Of a DNA stretch of 49,907 nt, positions 1 through 10,255 are shown in pieces. The translations under genes were made by a program, and so were the position numbers. The stretch is from assembly GCA_041746575.1 (NCBI GenBank), contig JBGTGT010000080.1, positions 1-49,907 of the forward strand, read 5' to 3'. Source of the DNA: Microcystaceae cyanobacterium (GTDB lineage Bacteria; Cyanobacteriota; Cyanobacteriia; Cyanobacteriales; Microcystaceae). Each line of letters starts with the position of its first letter. Within the stretch, counting starts at the first letter, position 1. Under the pieces are notes generated by a model that saw only the letters and a list, made by a program, of their open reading frames with translations, searched no databases and was not told the DNA's origin.

Positions 1-186
1 ACGAGGGCAATTATCTCAATTTTTTTGTCCATTCTCGTTGGGATTAGGAAAAGAAAAACAAATTCTTGATTGGGGGACTAGCCCCCCAAACCCCCCAGCG
101 GGGGACGGAGTGCCTCCCCCGCACCCCCTGCACAAAAAAAATTAAATAAAGAATTCTCGTAGATTTTCTGATGGTCGAACTCACGT
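1..186. mobile_element. MITE copy A (left end cut by the window edge)
   Basis: Reverse-complement similarity to 23277-23450. It ends in the TIR CGAACTCACGT (176-186), contains GC-rich hairpins and has no coding capacity. Confidence 0.8.
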
Positions 187-265
187 TAATTAATAACCCC
201 TACCTCTTTATTCTTAATTTGTCTTTTATAATTAAAGTGAATTTCTATCTAAAGAGAGATAAAAA

Positions 266-802
266 ATGCCAAATTCTATACCCGAATCTTCTTCGGTTTC
301 TGAGGTTAATGTCCCGCTTAAAATTGATTTTTTTCTGCGGACGTTACTTTCTTATCTCGCCAATACTTTAGAGGATGTAGTCGGACTACAGGATGCTTCT
401 GGATTTATTGCGGTGGTGGGCAATCTCATGGGGGAAGAGATCAATCAATATTACCGTGAAGCGTTAGCGATAGAGCATCTTTCTCGTGAACAGGTGGCTG
501 AGGTGATGGTAGATCTGAAGCGTCGTATTGACGGGGATTTTTATTTGATTGAACAAGATGAAGAAAAAATTATTTTGGGAAATCGTGTCTGTCCTTTGGG
601 TAGGATGGTAGAAGGTCACCCTTCTCTGTGTATGATGACTTCGAGTGTTTTTGGGGTCATCGCATCTCAGAATCTGGGTTATGCGAAAGTTGTCTTAGAT
701 CAAACCATTGCTAAAGGAGATGGCGGATGCCGTGTGATTATCTATCTTAAACCGACGGCCGAGGCTAATCTCGTAGAAGGTCGTGAATACTATCGTATTT
801 AG
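266..802 (+). CDS. Methanogen output domain 1 (MetOD1)/V4R-like protein
   Basis: Motifs LEDVVGL..ASGFI, VDLKRRI.GDFY, GNRVCP, LCMMTS.VFG, NLGYAKV, GCRVIIYL, with three conserved Cys. Confidence 0.75.
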   Translation: MPNSIPESSSVSEVNVPLKIDFFLRTLLSYLANTLEDVVGLQDASGFIAVVGNLMGEEINQYYREALAIEHLSREQVAEVMVDLKRRIDGDFYLIEQDEEKIILGNRVCPLGRMVEGHPSLCMMTSSVFGVIASQNLGYAKVVLDQTIAKGDGGCRVIIYLKPTAEANLVEGREYYRI

Positions 803-816
803 GGTCAAAGACGGTC

Positions 817-1852
817 ATGAATCCTGACTGTTGGCGCATTTTTGATGTTTTTCCTGAGCCTATTATCCTTGTCACCTTGGCAGGGACAATTGTTGGTGTC
901 AATAAAGCCGCTTATGGCTTATTTCCTTTGCTTTTAGAGCTAAATAGTCATTTTTTACCTGATTTACTGGGTATAGATGTCCAAAAGCTGGAGAAATGGC
1001 TCCGTGCTTGGGGTCGTAGCACTTCAATGGTTCAAGGTAGTTTACCCATTCGGCAAAAGGATGGCAGTTGTCTCAAGATTGCTTTAGAAGCGGCAGGGGT
1101 GCATCAAAGTCCGCAAAATCCTTTAGTTATCCTCCGTTTCCAGAAAAATCATTCGATGCTTCATAAGTTCGTTTCTTTAAATGAACGAGTAACCCATTTA
1201 CATCAAGAAATTGCGAAACAAAAAGTGATCGAGTCGCAGTTACGCATCCAATATCGCAAATTAATGTCAAAAAACCAGCATTTGGCTTCCTTAGCCTCTC
1301 AAGACGGTTTAACGGGATTGGCTAATCGTCGTCTATTTGATGAAGTGTTACTGGATTACTGGCAAGAAGCTGCCCAGCACCCCTATTCGTTGTCCATTAT
1401 TTTATTAGATATTGACCACTTTAAGCTTTATAACGATACCTACGGCCATCCTGAAGGGGATGTTTGCCTCAAAGCGGTGGCAAGCGATTGGCAGTCAAAT
1501 TCGCGAGGAACGGGATTTAGCGGCGCGGTATGGTGGGGAAGAATTTGTTATTTTATTGAGAAAAAGCGAAGAAAGTGCGGCGGTTAATGTTATCAGGCGT
1601 ATTTTTGCTGAAGTTCAACGGTTAGCGATTCCCCATCCCTGTTCGCCAACCAGCCCGATTGTGACGTTGAGTGGGGGGATCAGCACAATGGTTCCCCAAA
1701 ATATGCAAGATAATAGTGGAATTTTATTACAAAAGGCTGATATTGCCCTCTATCAAGCCAAAAAACAAGGACGAAACCGTTATATTACTTTAACCTCAGT
1801 TCGAGCTAAAGAATGGGTTAGTTATGAAGAGACAGGAGGTTTTAATTCTTAA
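817..1852 (+). pseudogene. PAS-like + GGDEF diguanylate cyclase, frameshifted near 1481
   Basis: ORF 817-1587 carries DGLTGLANRR and DIDHFKLYNDTYGHPEGD. The domain continues in another frame as QAIGSQIREERDLAARYGGEEF...ADIALYQAKKQGRNR. Confidence 0.85.
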
Positions 1853-4800
1853 GGCGTAAAAGATTGTTCTTAGTATAGGCTGATTTCTGGCACAATTGGC
1901 GATCTTCTGCCGAAATTTCGAGATTGGTCTTTAGATAATCCTCAACCCAATGGCAAGCATAGCGAACATTCTCAAGAGCGAGTATCTGCTCTAAATTCCA
2001 TAAAATCAACGTTTTGTCCTCGCCACCTGAAACTAAAAATTTGCTATCAGGACTAAAGGCAACGCGCCATACGCCAGATGAATGCAGGTCTAGTTTTTTT
2101 AATAAATTTCCCTGTTTATCCCAAATAATTACGGTATTGTCAGCACTACTAGAAGCCAAAAGCTGGCTATTAGGGCTAAAAGCCACCCCCCAAACTCCTG
2201 CTTGATGTCCAGTCAGCGTTTTTAGGAGATTTCCCGCTTTATCCCACAATTTAATAGTATTATCTTCACTGGCCGAAGCCAAAAGCTGATTATCGGGACT
2301 AAACGCTACTTCTCTAATCCGTGCTTGATGACCCTGTAGGGTATTTCGTAATTGTCCCTCCATTGACCACAATTTCACCATATTATCCCCACTCCCTGAA
2401 GCGAGCAGATTGCCATCTGGACTAAAGGCGACCGATTCCACCCTAGATCTATGACCTTTCAGGGTTTTTAGGAGATTTCCCTGTTTATCCCACAGTTTAA
2501 TCGTTTTGTCCACACTGGCAGTTGCGATTCTTTGACTATCAGGATGGATACTCACACCCCAAATCGCCCCGTTATGGGCTTTGATCTGCTTTAATAAGCG
2601 TCCTGATCTGTCCCACAGCTTAAGATTCCCATTTTGGGAAGCAGAGACCATTATTTGGCTATCCGAGCTAAATGCAACGCTGGTTACGGCACTGTTATGC
2701 TGACTTAACGTATTTTGAAAGTTGCCTTCCTTATCCCACAGTTTAATTGTGGTATCTCCCGACGCAGAGGCTAATTGTTGACCATCCGGACGAAAGGCGA
2801 GGTCAAAAATCACCGTATGATGACCTTTCAAGACGCGAAGCAAGGGATTTGCCAATTGCCACAGTTTTACGTGCTTATCATCAGAAGCAGAAGCTAAGAT
2901 TTGACCATTAGGGCTGAGATTGAGCGACCAAATCGAGGCATCGTGACCGTCTAGCGTCTGGCGTAAGTGGCCGTCTTTATGCCAAAATTTAATTAAATGA
3001 TCAGCCCCTGCTGTGATAACTTGCTCTCCATCAAGGCTAAAGATCACGGCAAATACTGAGGCTTCATGGTTAAAAACCGTTAATAATTGCCCCTCCCTTG
3101 TCCAAAGTTTAACAGTGGTATCATCTGAGGCAGAGGCTAAAATTTGACCATCGGGACTAAATGCAAGCCCCACTATCGTTCCTTCATGACCCCGAATCGT
3201 ATTCAGTAATTTTCCCTCAATCGTCCAAAGTTTGATAGTTTGATCCTCTCCTGCCGAGGCAATGACTTTCCCGTCTGGACTCATGACAAGGGCAACAATT
3301 GTTCCTTGATGATCTTTAAAGGTATTCAGCAATGTACCGTCAACTTTCCAGCGTTTAATCGTTTTATCTTCACTACCAGAGACTAAGGTCTTGCCATCGG
3401 GACTAAACGCTAAATCATATACCCCTGCTTGATGACCCTTCAAAATGCGCCATAAAATGCCATTCCGTTTCCAGAGTTTAATGGTATTATCGGTACTCCC
3501 AGAAGCGATAATCTGACCATCAGGGCTAAATTTGACCGACTCAACGCCTCCTTGATGGCCGTTTAGGGTATTTATTAATGTGCCGTCTTGTTTCCAGAGT
3601 TTTATCGTTTTATCTTCGCTGGCAGTTGCCATCGTTGCCCCATCAGGACTAAATGCTACATCCCACACCGTTCCTTGATGCCCCGAAAGACGATTTCTTT
3701 CGATAATACCAAAAATTGCTTGATTTATGACACGTTCGACCTTTTCTCTGGTTTTCAAGTCAATTTTATTGAGTTTTAACTGTAGAGATTGAGCTTTAAT
3801 AGCCGCCACCAAGGCATCCAGTTGTTGATTAGACTGCCAAAGGGCATCAGACGATTGAGCGATCGCTTTAAGCTCATCAAGGCGAGATTGGCGATAAAGA
3901 AAAAGATTCGCTACGCCTAGGGCAGATACCGAGAAGAAACCAAAGGTGATAACGCCTAATAACCATCTTTGCAACTTTATCGTTTTTTGTTCTTCTTTTA
4001 GCTTAGCTTCGACGGCAGCTGCTCGCTGTAATTCTAAGGTTTGCTGCATTTCTTGACGATCAATTTGTTCACTAGCCGCTAGATATTGATAGTCGATTTG
4101 GCTCAAACTTTTTCCCTGTGACCACTCTTGGGCATCTTTTAAGGCCAATCCTCTTAATAGTCTAGATTTATCGTTTTTTTGCGATTTTAACCACGCTTCC
4201 AAAGATTGAGAATAGGGGCGTAAAGCGTTAAGTTGTCTTACTGTCCAATCAATATTAAAAACCGCTTGATAAATAGGATTTTTTACCTGCAAAACGCCCT
4301 GTTTTTGTACCACTAAACCTGATAGCAATAACTTAATTTGTTCATGACTTTGATCAAGTTCAACCTGTCCTTCTCGTAGAATTTTTTGATAAATTTCTAG
4401 TAATCTTCCTTTATTTTGACGATGGTATTCTAAGCGAGCTTGAATGGTTCTTAAATGTTCAGGTTCATCCCGTGATTGCCATTGATTAATAATTTTCTGT
4501 TGTACAATTTTGCGAATCCATGAACCTTCAGATTTCAGCTTTTTTCTTTCTTCGAGACAGCTTTGACTCACCAAGCGACAGAGTTTTTGGGTTAAAAAAG
4601 GTTGTCCATTTGTCCAGTGCAAAATATGTTTCAATAAGGCTTGAGAATTCGCTCCTTCAATGGGCAATCCTTCTTGTAAAATTTGGGCTTCTGCAAAGGT
4701 AAATCCTTGCAATTCAATGGCAGTTCCTAAGTTGAAAGGGGTTCGATTTTTATCTTGAATTAAATCAGAAGGGGTGGTGACGCCAAAAAGAACAAAAGTG

Positions 4801-5321
4801 AGACGCTGATAGGAGGGATCTTCTGTTCTTTGATTATAACAAAAGCGAATAAAGGCAAAGAAATCATCCACTGAAAAAGGTAAGCTTAGAATATTATCAA
4901 TTTCATCTACAAAAATAATAATTTTATCTTGCTTAAATTGCTTTAAAATGAGATCACTAAACAAGCGATCTAATTGTTTTAAGGGCGAGAGATTTTCGAC
5001 TGATTGTAACCAGTGTTTTAAATTAACTGTTTCAAATAGATCAAACCCTCGCCATAGATCTCCAATGATGCTTAAATACCATTGACTAGGGCTAATATTC
5101 TCACTACCAATGCTGGTCATATCTAGATTAGCACAGCGAAATCCTACTGCTTCGAGTCGGTTTCGGGTACGGACTAAAAGCGAAGATTTGCCCATTTGTC
5201 GAGCCGTAAAAACATAGCAAAATTCTCCTCTCTGTGAGGCTTGATAGAGCGTCTTATCTGCTTGTCTTTCTACATAACAAGAAGCGGCTTTATGTAAGCT
5301 TCCCCCCACTTGGTACATCAT
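1842..5321 (-). CDS. AAA_35/STAND-like NTPase + TM helix + 14 WD40 repeats
   Basis: Walker A ARQMGKSS, Walker B IIIFVDEID, TPFNLG and WTNGQPFLTQ motifs, hydrophobic WLLGVITFGFFSVSALGVANLFLY, then 14 GH...KLW-type repeats. Confidence 0.9.
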   Translation of the reverse strand: MMYQVGGSLHKAASCYVERQADKTLYQASQRGEFCYVFTARQMGKSSLLVRTRNRLEAVGFRCANLDMTSIGSENISPSQWYLSIIGDLWRGFDLFETVNLKHWLQSVENLSPLKQLDRLFSDLILKQFKQDKIIIFVDEIDNILSLPFSVDDFFAFIRFCYNQRTEDPSYQRLTFVLFGVTTPSDLIQDKNRTPFNLGTAIELQGFTFAEAQILQEGLPIEGANSQALLKHILHWTNGQPFLTQKLCRLVSQSCLEERKKLKSEGSWIRKIVQQKIINQWQSRDEPEHLRTIQARLEYHRQNKGRLLEIYQKILREGQVELDQSHEQIKLLLSGLVVQKQGVLQVKNPIYQAVFNIDWTVRQLNALRPYSQSLEAWLKSQKNDKSRLLRGLALKDAQEWSQGKSLSQIDYQYLAASEQIDRQEMQQTLELQRAAAVEAKLKEEQKTIKLQRWLLGVITFGFFSVSALGVANLFLYRQSRLDELKAIAQSSDALWQSNQQLDALVAAIKAQSLQLKLNKIDLKTREKVERVINQAIFGIIERNRLSGHQGTVWDVAFSPDGATMATASEDKTIKLWKQDGTLINTLNGHQGGVESVKFSPDGQIIASGSTDNTIKLWKRNGILWRILKGHQAGVYDLAFSPDGKTLVSGSEDKTIKRWKVDGTLLNTFKDHQGTIVALVMSPDGKVIASAGEDQTIKLWTIEGKLLNTIRGHEGTIVGLAFSPDGQILASASDDTTVKLWTREGQLLTVFNHEASVFAVIFSLDGEQVITAGADHLIKFWHKDGHLRQTLDGHDASIWSLNLSPNGQILASASDDKHVKLWQLANPLLRVLKGHHTVIFDLAFRPDGQQLASASGDTTIKLWDKEGNFQNTLSQHNSAVTSVAFSSDSQIMVSASQNGNLKLWDRSGRLLKQIKAHNGAIWGVSIHPDSQRIATASVDKTIKLWDKQGNLLKTLKGHRSRVESVAFSPDGNLLASGSGDNMVKLWSMEGQLRNTLQGHQARIREVAFSPDNQLLASASEDNTIKLWDKAGNLLKTLTGHQAGVWGVAFSPNSQLLASSSADNTVIIWDKQGNLLKKLDLHSSGVWRVAFSPDSKFLVSGGEDKTLILWNLEQILALENVRYACHWVEDYLKTNLEISAEDRQLCQKSAYTKNNLLRLKN

Positions 5322-5333
5322 TTGTTTTTGACC

Positions 5334-6962
5334 TTACAAAACTTGGGAATCATCAGCCGTTATGGAATAATAAGTGGTGCAGTTTCGTCCTTTATTTTTT
5401 GATTGATAGAGGGCTTGATCTGCCCAGTCAATTAACTGATGCAAGCTATAATTTTCTTGAGGAATCATACTGACTAACCCAATGCTAACGGTTACCTTTT
5501 TAGTCGGATTTCTTGAGTAACGATGCTCAAGATTTAAAGCTTTAATGTTCTGACGAATGTTTTCTGCTAAATTAATCGCTCCTTCAAGGGATGTTTGAGG
5601 CAAAATAAGGGCAAATTCTTCTCCGCCAAACCGTGCCACCAAATCGCCTGCTCGTTTAAGAGAACGACTCAAAATCTGAGCAACTTGTTGCAAACAATGA
5701 TCTCCTTTAAGATGACCGTAAGTATCATTATAAAGCTTAAAATCATCGAGATCCAGTAAAATTAATGAAAGGTAACTTTTTTGACGTGTCATCCTTTGCC
5801 ATTCATTTCGTAGGCATTCCTCAAAATACCTTCTATTAGCAATTTGGGTTAAACTATCAATATTAACAATTGCTTTTAATGCTTGATTCTCTGCCTCTAA
5901 TTGCTCGACACGAGAACGATCTTTCGTCCTTTTTTGGCAAAGTTGTTGTGCAAAATATAGACGGTACAATTCACAAGATATCTGGCAGCTATTTCCTTTT
6001 AAATTTATTAAACCAATTCGATTGAGTTGAGAAGAAATATAAGGATCTAAAGTTTCGTTTTTTTGAGTTATTAATAATAATTTTAATCCCTCTAATAAAT
6101 CAGGATAGGATTGTACGGTATGCCATTGTATTTGCAGATGATCTCGATAAATTCCGCCTTGCGTGGGTGCTTCACGCAGTAGGGTTTCAAAAGATTGAAT
6201 ATTTTGACAATAATGATAAAGAAAAATGCTTACCAAATAGGGATGGCCTCCCGTCATTTGTTTTAATTGTAGGCTTTCTTTTTCTTCGTTCCAGAAAAGT
6301 CCGTAGCGACGCGCTAATTCGCTAATTTGTGATAAACTAAAAGGGGGTAATTCGAGGGGCAATCCTACATTGAAGGGGGATTGATGAATTTTTAAGGGAA
6401 TGTATATTTCAGTGGAATGAACCACAACTAGACGCAGTTTTTCAAAGGCTGGAATTTGTTTAGCTTGTTCATGCCAAAATCGTAATAAGGTAAAAAAATC
6501 CTCAGCAATTTTTGGGTATTCAAATAATAAATTAACTTCATTTAAGGCTAAAACAATCGGCGCATTTCGGCTTTTAAGAATATATTCTTGTAAATAAAGA
6601 GTACTGCTGGACTTACTACCGATGATATCATGCCAATATTCAGATAATTGAGGAGCCAACTGTAATCCTTGGGCAATTTTGAGACAAAACCACTGTAAAA
6701 ATTCATTTGAATTATGATAAACTGCCTTATCTGCTTCTAGAAAATCAATGGTCACAACACTATAGTTTTTTTTCCGAGCATGATCAAGAATTCTAATTAG
6801 GAAAGAGCTTTTTCCTGTTTTTTGGGGAGATTTAATCCGAACTAAGCTTCCTAGTTTTTCGATCTCTCGGTAAGCTAAAGATTCAAGGGGAAAACGTTCA
6901 ACGTAAAAAGGAGAATTGAGAGGTACAGGATAGTTGAGAAAAGAAAAGTCCATTAGCGACAC
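5334..6962 (-). CDS. AAA_35/STAND-like NTPase fused to GGDEF diguanylate cyclase
   Basis: SPQKTGKSS, SPFNVG and TGGHPYLV motifs. C-terminal DSLTQIANRR, RAGD I-site and RFGGEEF. Confidence 0.9.
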   Translation of the reverse strand: MSLMDFSFLNYPVPLNSPFYVERFPLESLAYREIEKLGSLVRIKSPQKTGKSSFLIRILDHARKKNYSVVTIDFLEADKAVYHNSNEFLQWFCLKIAQGLQLAPQLSEYWHDIIGSKSSSTLYLQEYILKSRNAPIVLALNEVNLLFEYPKIAEDFFTLLRFWHEQAKQIPAFEKLRLVVVHSTEIYIPLKIHQSPFNVGLPLELPPFSLSQISELARRYGLFWNEEKESLQLKQMTGGHPYLVSIFLYHYCQNIQSFETLLREAPTQGGIYRDHLQIQWHTVQSYPDLLEGLKLLLITQKNETLDPYISSQLNRIGLINLKGNSCQISCELYRLYFAQQLCQKRTKDRSRVEQLEAENQALKAIVNIDSLTQIANRRYFEECLRNEWQRMTRQKSYLSLILLDLDDFKLYNDTYGHLKGDHCLQQVAQILSRSLKRAGDLVARFGGEEFALILPQTSLEGAINLAENIRQNIKALNLEHRYSRNPTKKVTVSIGLVSMIPQENYSLHQLIDWADQALYQSKNKGRNCTTYYSITADDSQVL

Positions 6963-7233
6963 TTATTTTAAAGTTTGAAAATTAAATATAAGATTTTAAA
7001 TGAGATGACGATAATTTAGGGCTATAGGTTATTATTGTACAATCTGTAAAAATTAGGTCATAAATAATAAATGATTTATAGATTGAAATTAATTTTATTT
7101 TTAAGGATGCAAGATGTTTATTAACGACCTCACTCCATTTTACATGATCCCAATAAGATCCTCAGCTTAACCATTTATTATAACTTAATCCCCCCGTCAT
7201 TTTCTGTTCTTTTTTAACACGAAGAACGGGTGA

Positions 7234-8463
7234 CTATCTCAGCCATAAAATTAAGGTTTGTAAACTCCCGACTAAAAACCCTAAAATTCCCCCTAAATTT
7301 ACAATCGCTTGGAGTTCATTTTTAACAATGCCTTGCGTTGCCATTTCTAATTGCTCTGATGAAGTCGCTCTAATTCGTTCAATAATCACTTGATCAATAG
7401 ATAAAATAGGAATAGCTTGAGTTACCAGTTTTTCTAAATCTTCCTCCAAATAACGTTCTAAAATTAACGCTAATTCTGAACTAATAACGCCCAAAGAAGT
7501 AGAAACGGCGGTTGACGCTTGCAGACGATTGACCACTAAAACCGCTAAATTATCCCAGTCAATAGAGTCCCCTAAATTTTTAATAACTTTTCCGCCGCTT
7601 TCCTGAATGTACGCTCTTACAGTATCTCTTGTCGTTTTGCGAAGTTGTTTAACGGTCGAAACAGGCAAATTTTGGAGAGAAAGACTTTGGAGCCATTCTC
7701 GTAAACGCCCTCGAACTTCTAAAGATAAAATCAACTCTTTCAATCGAGTATTGGCCAATTCTCTTTCATCAATACAGAAGCTTCTCAGGCGAACTAACGC
7801 ATTGCGAATGCCAAAAATATTAGCAACTACCCAATAAGTTCCACTGGTTTTTTCCCGAAATCCTTCATCAATAACTTTAATATTTCTATCGGTTAGAAAA
7901 TCAATTAAAGCCAGTCGTAAAAAATCAGGGGGAATGACTTTATCTAATAACCAATCAGATAATTGTCTTGATTGCATATTGTTTAACTTAAACTCTAGCA
8001 AAATTTGATCAAAAATCTGATTAATTTGCGCCTCTAAAAAGTCTTGTTTTCTGGCTAAGACTTTTAAAATTCTTGGTAAAGATTCTCCAAAAAGATCCTT
8101 TAAGACATTAGCTAAAATTTGTGCTGTTTTTTGTTGTTTATCTTCTCGAATCTGTTTAATCGCTAAATTTAATAACCAAGTAATTGCCTCTTCCACTCGT
8201 TCCGTTTTTAATAAACGTTTAGCGAGTCGCTGTAATTCTTCAGGGGTGAGAAGCGACCCCATTATTGTATCCGAAACTCGCTTCGCTAGGCGTTCTTGAT
8301 TACGAGGAATTAAACCGGGGGTAAAGGGAAGACGACGCTTACCAAAATGAATTGCTCGATAAGGGCGAAAAAGCATTTTTATAGCAATATCATTGGTAAA
8401 ATAACCAATAATTGCTCCGGCGATCGGGGGAAGTACCAGTGTCCAAAAATTTACCGTATCCAA
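7234..8463 (-). CDS. DUF445 family membrane protein
   Basis: N-terminal [27 protein letters not shown] and C-terminal [13 protein letters not shown]. Confidence 0.85.
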   Translation of the reverse strand: MDTVNFWTLVLPPIAGAIIGYFTNDIAIKMLFRPYRAIHFGKRRLPFTPGLIPRNQERLAKRVSDTIMGSLLTPEELQRLAKRLLKTERVEEAITWLLNLAIKQIREDKQQKTAQILANVLKDLFGESLPRILKVLARKQDFLEAQINQIFDQILLEFKLNNMQSRQLSDWLLDKVIPPDFLRLALIDFLTDRNIKVIDEGFREKTSGTYWVVANIFGIRNALVRLRSFCIDERELANTRLKELILSLEVRGRLREWLQSLSLQNLPVSTVKQLRKTTRDTVRAYIQESGGKVIKNLGDSIDWDNLAVLVVNRLQASTAVSTSLGVISSELALILERYLEEDLEKLVTQAIPILSIDQVIIERIRATSSEQLEMATQGIVKNELQAIVNLGGILGFLVGSLQTLILWLR

Positions 8464-8493
8464 GGTTTTCTAACTCAATTAACAATAACAATA

Positions 8494-9207
8494 TCAACGT
8501 TTTGTCAGGACTAAAACTCCCATCAATCCTCCCGCAATTGGATAATGAATCGCTTTCTGGAAACCGGCATCTAAGGCTAACTTAATCTGTTGAGATCCCG
8601 TGAGAAATCGTTCCAAACTGGGATGAATATAAGCGTATTCATGGGTTAAATTAAAATGCTTTGCTGTGGGAACAACAAGGGTTTTAAGATACCATTCTTG
8701 AAACTTCAGAAGCCCTTCATTTTGAGGACGATTAAAGTCTAAAATAGTCGCTTTTTTGCCCCCTTTTAAAACGCGATACAATTCTGATAAACAAAGGGGA
8801 ATATCAACCACATTGCGCAATCCATACCCCATCGTAGCACAGTCAAAGCTGTCATTCGGGAAAGGTAAATGGAGGGCATCCCCCCCTTGCCAACGCAGAG
8901 GAAGATGAGGATATTGAGCCTGATGACGCTGTTGGGCAATCTTTAATTGGGCTTCTGAGAAATCTAGCCCCACCACTTGACCTGACTTACCGACTTGATT
9001 GGCTAAAATTTGGCTTAAATCGCCACTGCCACAGCAAATATCCAAGCATTTATCGCCTAACCTAGGTTCGCACCACTTGACTGCCATTTTCTTCCAGATA
9101 CGATGTTGTCCTAAGCTTAACCAATAATTGAATTGATCATAGACAGGGGCAATCCGATCAAACAAAGCTTGAATTTCAGGGGCAGAAGGAGAATGATTTG
9201 AGGTCAT
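8494..9207 (-). CDS. menG: UbiE/MenG-family methyltransferase (phylloquinone pathway)
   Basis: LFDRIAPVYD, SAM motif LDICCGSGD, GYGLRNV. Confidence 0.85.
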   Translation of the reverse strand: MTSNHSPSAPEIQALFDRIAPVYDQFNYWLSLGQHRIWKKMAVKWCEPRLGDKCLDICCGSGDLSQILANQVGKSGQVVGLDFSEAQLKIAQQRHQAQYPHLPLRWQGGDALHLPFPNDSFDCATMGYGLRNVVDIPLCLSELYRVLKGGKKATILDFNRPQNEGLLKFQEWYLKTLVVPTAKHFNLTHEYAYIHPSLERFLTGSQQIKLALDAGFQKAIHYPIAGGLMGVLVLTKR

Positions 9208-9338
9208 TGGTATCTAAAAAGAGGGACTTTACTTTATTTTAAGGGAATCTTTAACCAACGCCTCCACAGAGGGAAGACTTTACGCTAAGATATTTTTTGT
9301 GTAAAGCATTTTGTTTATAGATAAGGCGTATCTGTCCT

Positions 9339-9614
9339 ATGGAATTTTTGCTAACGGTTGCTGCCAGTTTTATTCAAATCTACTCTGTCCTCATTATCGT
9401 TAGAATCCTTTTATCTTGGTTTCAAACGGCGGAATGGGCTTATGGTATTATGTCTTTTTTAAGCCCTGTCACCGATCCCTACCTCAATATCTTCCGTTCT
9501 TTTATTCCCCCTCTCGGTGGAATTGATTTTTCCCCGATTTTAGCTATTTTGCTGCTGAATTTCTTAGGCAGCTTCTTAAATAGTTTAGTGGGTAGTTATG
9601 CCATGGGATTTTAG
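9339..9614 (+). CDS. YggT/YlmG family membrane protein
   Basis: RILLSWF...TDPYLNIFRSFIPPLGGIDFSPILA. Confidence 0.9.
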   Translation: MEFLLTVAASFIQIYSVLIIVRILLSWFQTAEWAYGIMSFLSPVTDPYLNIFRSFIPPLGGIDFSPILAILLLNFLGSFLNSLVGSYAMGF

Positions 9615-9617
9615 GGA

Positions 9618-10094
9618 TTAATCATGGTTAAAATTGGCGAAATCGTCCTCATCTTGGTAATAGTAGGGGCGAACTTTACTACTAAAGCCCGACGCTTTGA
9701 ACTGCTTTAATTGTAAGGGAGTGGGTTGATTAGCGGGAACAGAAATTCGGATCTCAAAGTCACTTACCCCCGGTGGCACTTCTGCAATCGTTCCCACCCG
9801 CGTCCGATTGGGCATGACGGTATTATTGTTCGCATCATAGATTCTGCCGAAGACATCGGCATCATAGACCGTTTTTCCTGACGGATTTTTTGCTTTTCCT
9901 TGGACTAAATAACAAGTTGCTGCCATATTTGAACCACTACCCACATTGCCCTCTGCATATTCTGCAGGACAATTAGTATAGGAAATATTAGAAAGTTGGA
10001 TTGAGACAGCCGCTAAAGCAGGTAAAGGAAATAAACAGCAAGCTAAGCTCAATATTCCTGCTAAAATGATGATTATTGACGAATGACTTCGCAT
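9618..10094 (-). CDS. Secreted hypothetical protein
   Basis: Signal peptide ending PALA-A, two Cys, and VYDADVFGRIYDANN. Confidence 0.7.
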   Translation of the reverse strand: MRSHSSIIIILAGILSLACCLFPLPALAAVSIQLSNISYTNCPAEYAEGNVGSGSNMAATCYLVQGKAKNPSGKTVYDADVFGRIYDANNNTVMPNRTRVGTIAEVPPGVSDFEIRISVPANQPTPLQLKQFKASGFSSKVRPYYYQDEDDFANFNHD

Positions 10095-10255
10095 TAGGAT
10101 CTCCCAAGCTTTACCGATCTTTCCGCTAGTATATCAAGTCCGGAGAGATTTTTCGGCGAGGCAGGAATCGTGACTATTAAAGAAAGTTTAAAGTGTTAAG
10201 CCTCTCCCTATGATGGGTTCACAATAACAGTGTTACTGTCAAGCAAAGAATCTCC

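Noticed and set aside
171..371. 66-aa ORF
   Set aside because: Starts in the MITE TIR and overlaps the MetOD1 gene out of frame.
1900..3700. ~123-bp periodic DNA repeats as a CRISPR array or DGR target
   Set aside because: They are diverged WD40 coding repeats, with no constant repeat/spacer pattern and no cas or reverse transcriptase gene.
7060..7105. Fur-box-like AT-rich sequence upstream of the AAA operon
   Set aside because: Only a partial match in very AT-rich DNA, not distinguishable from chance.
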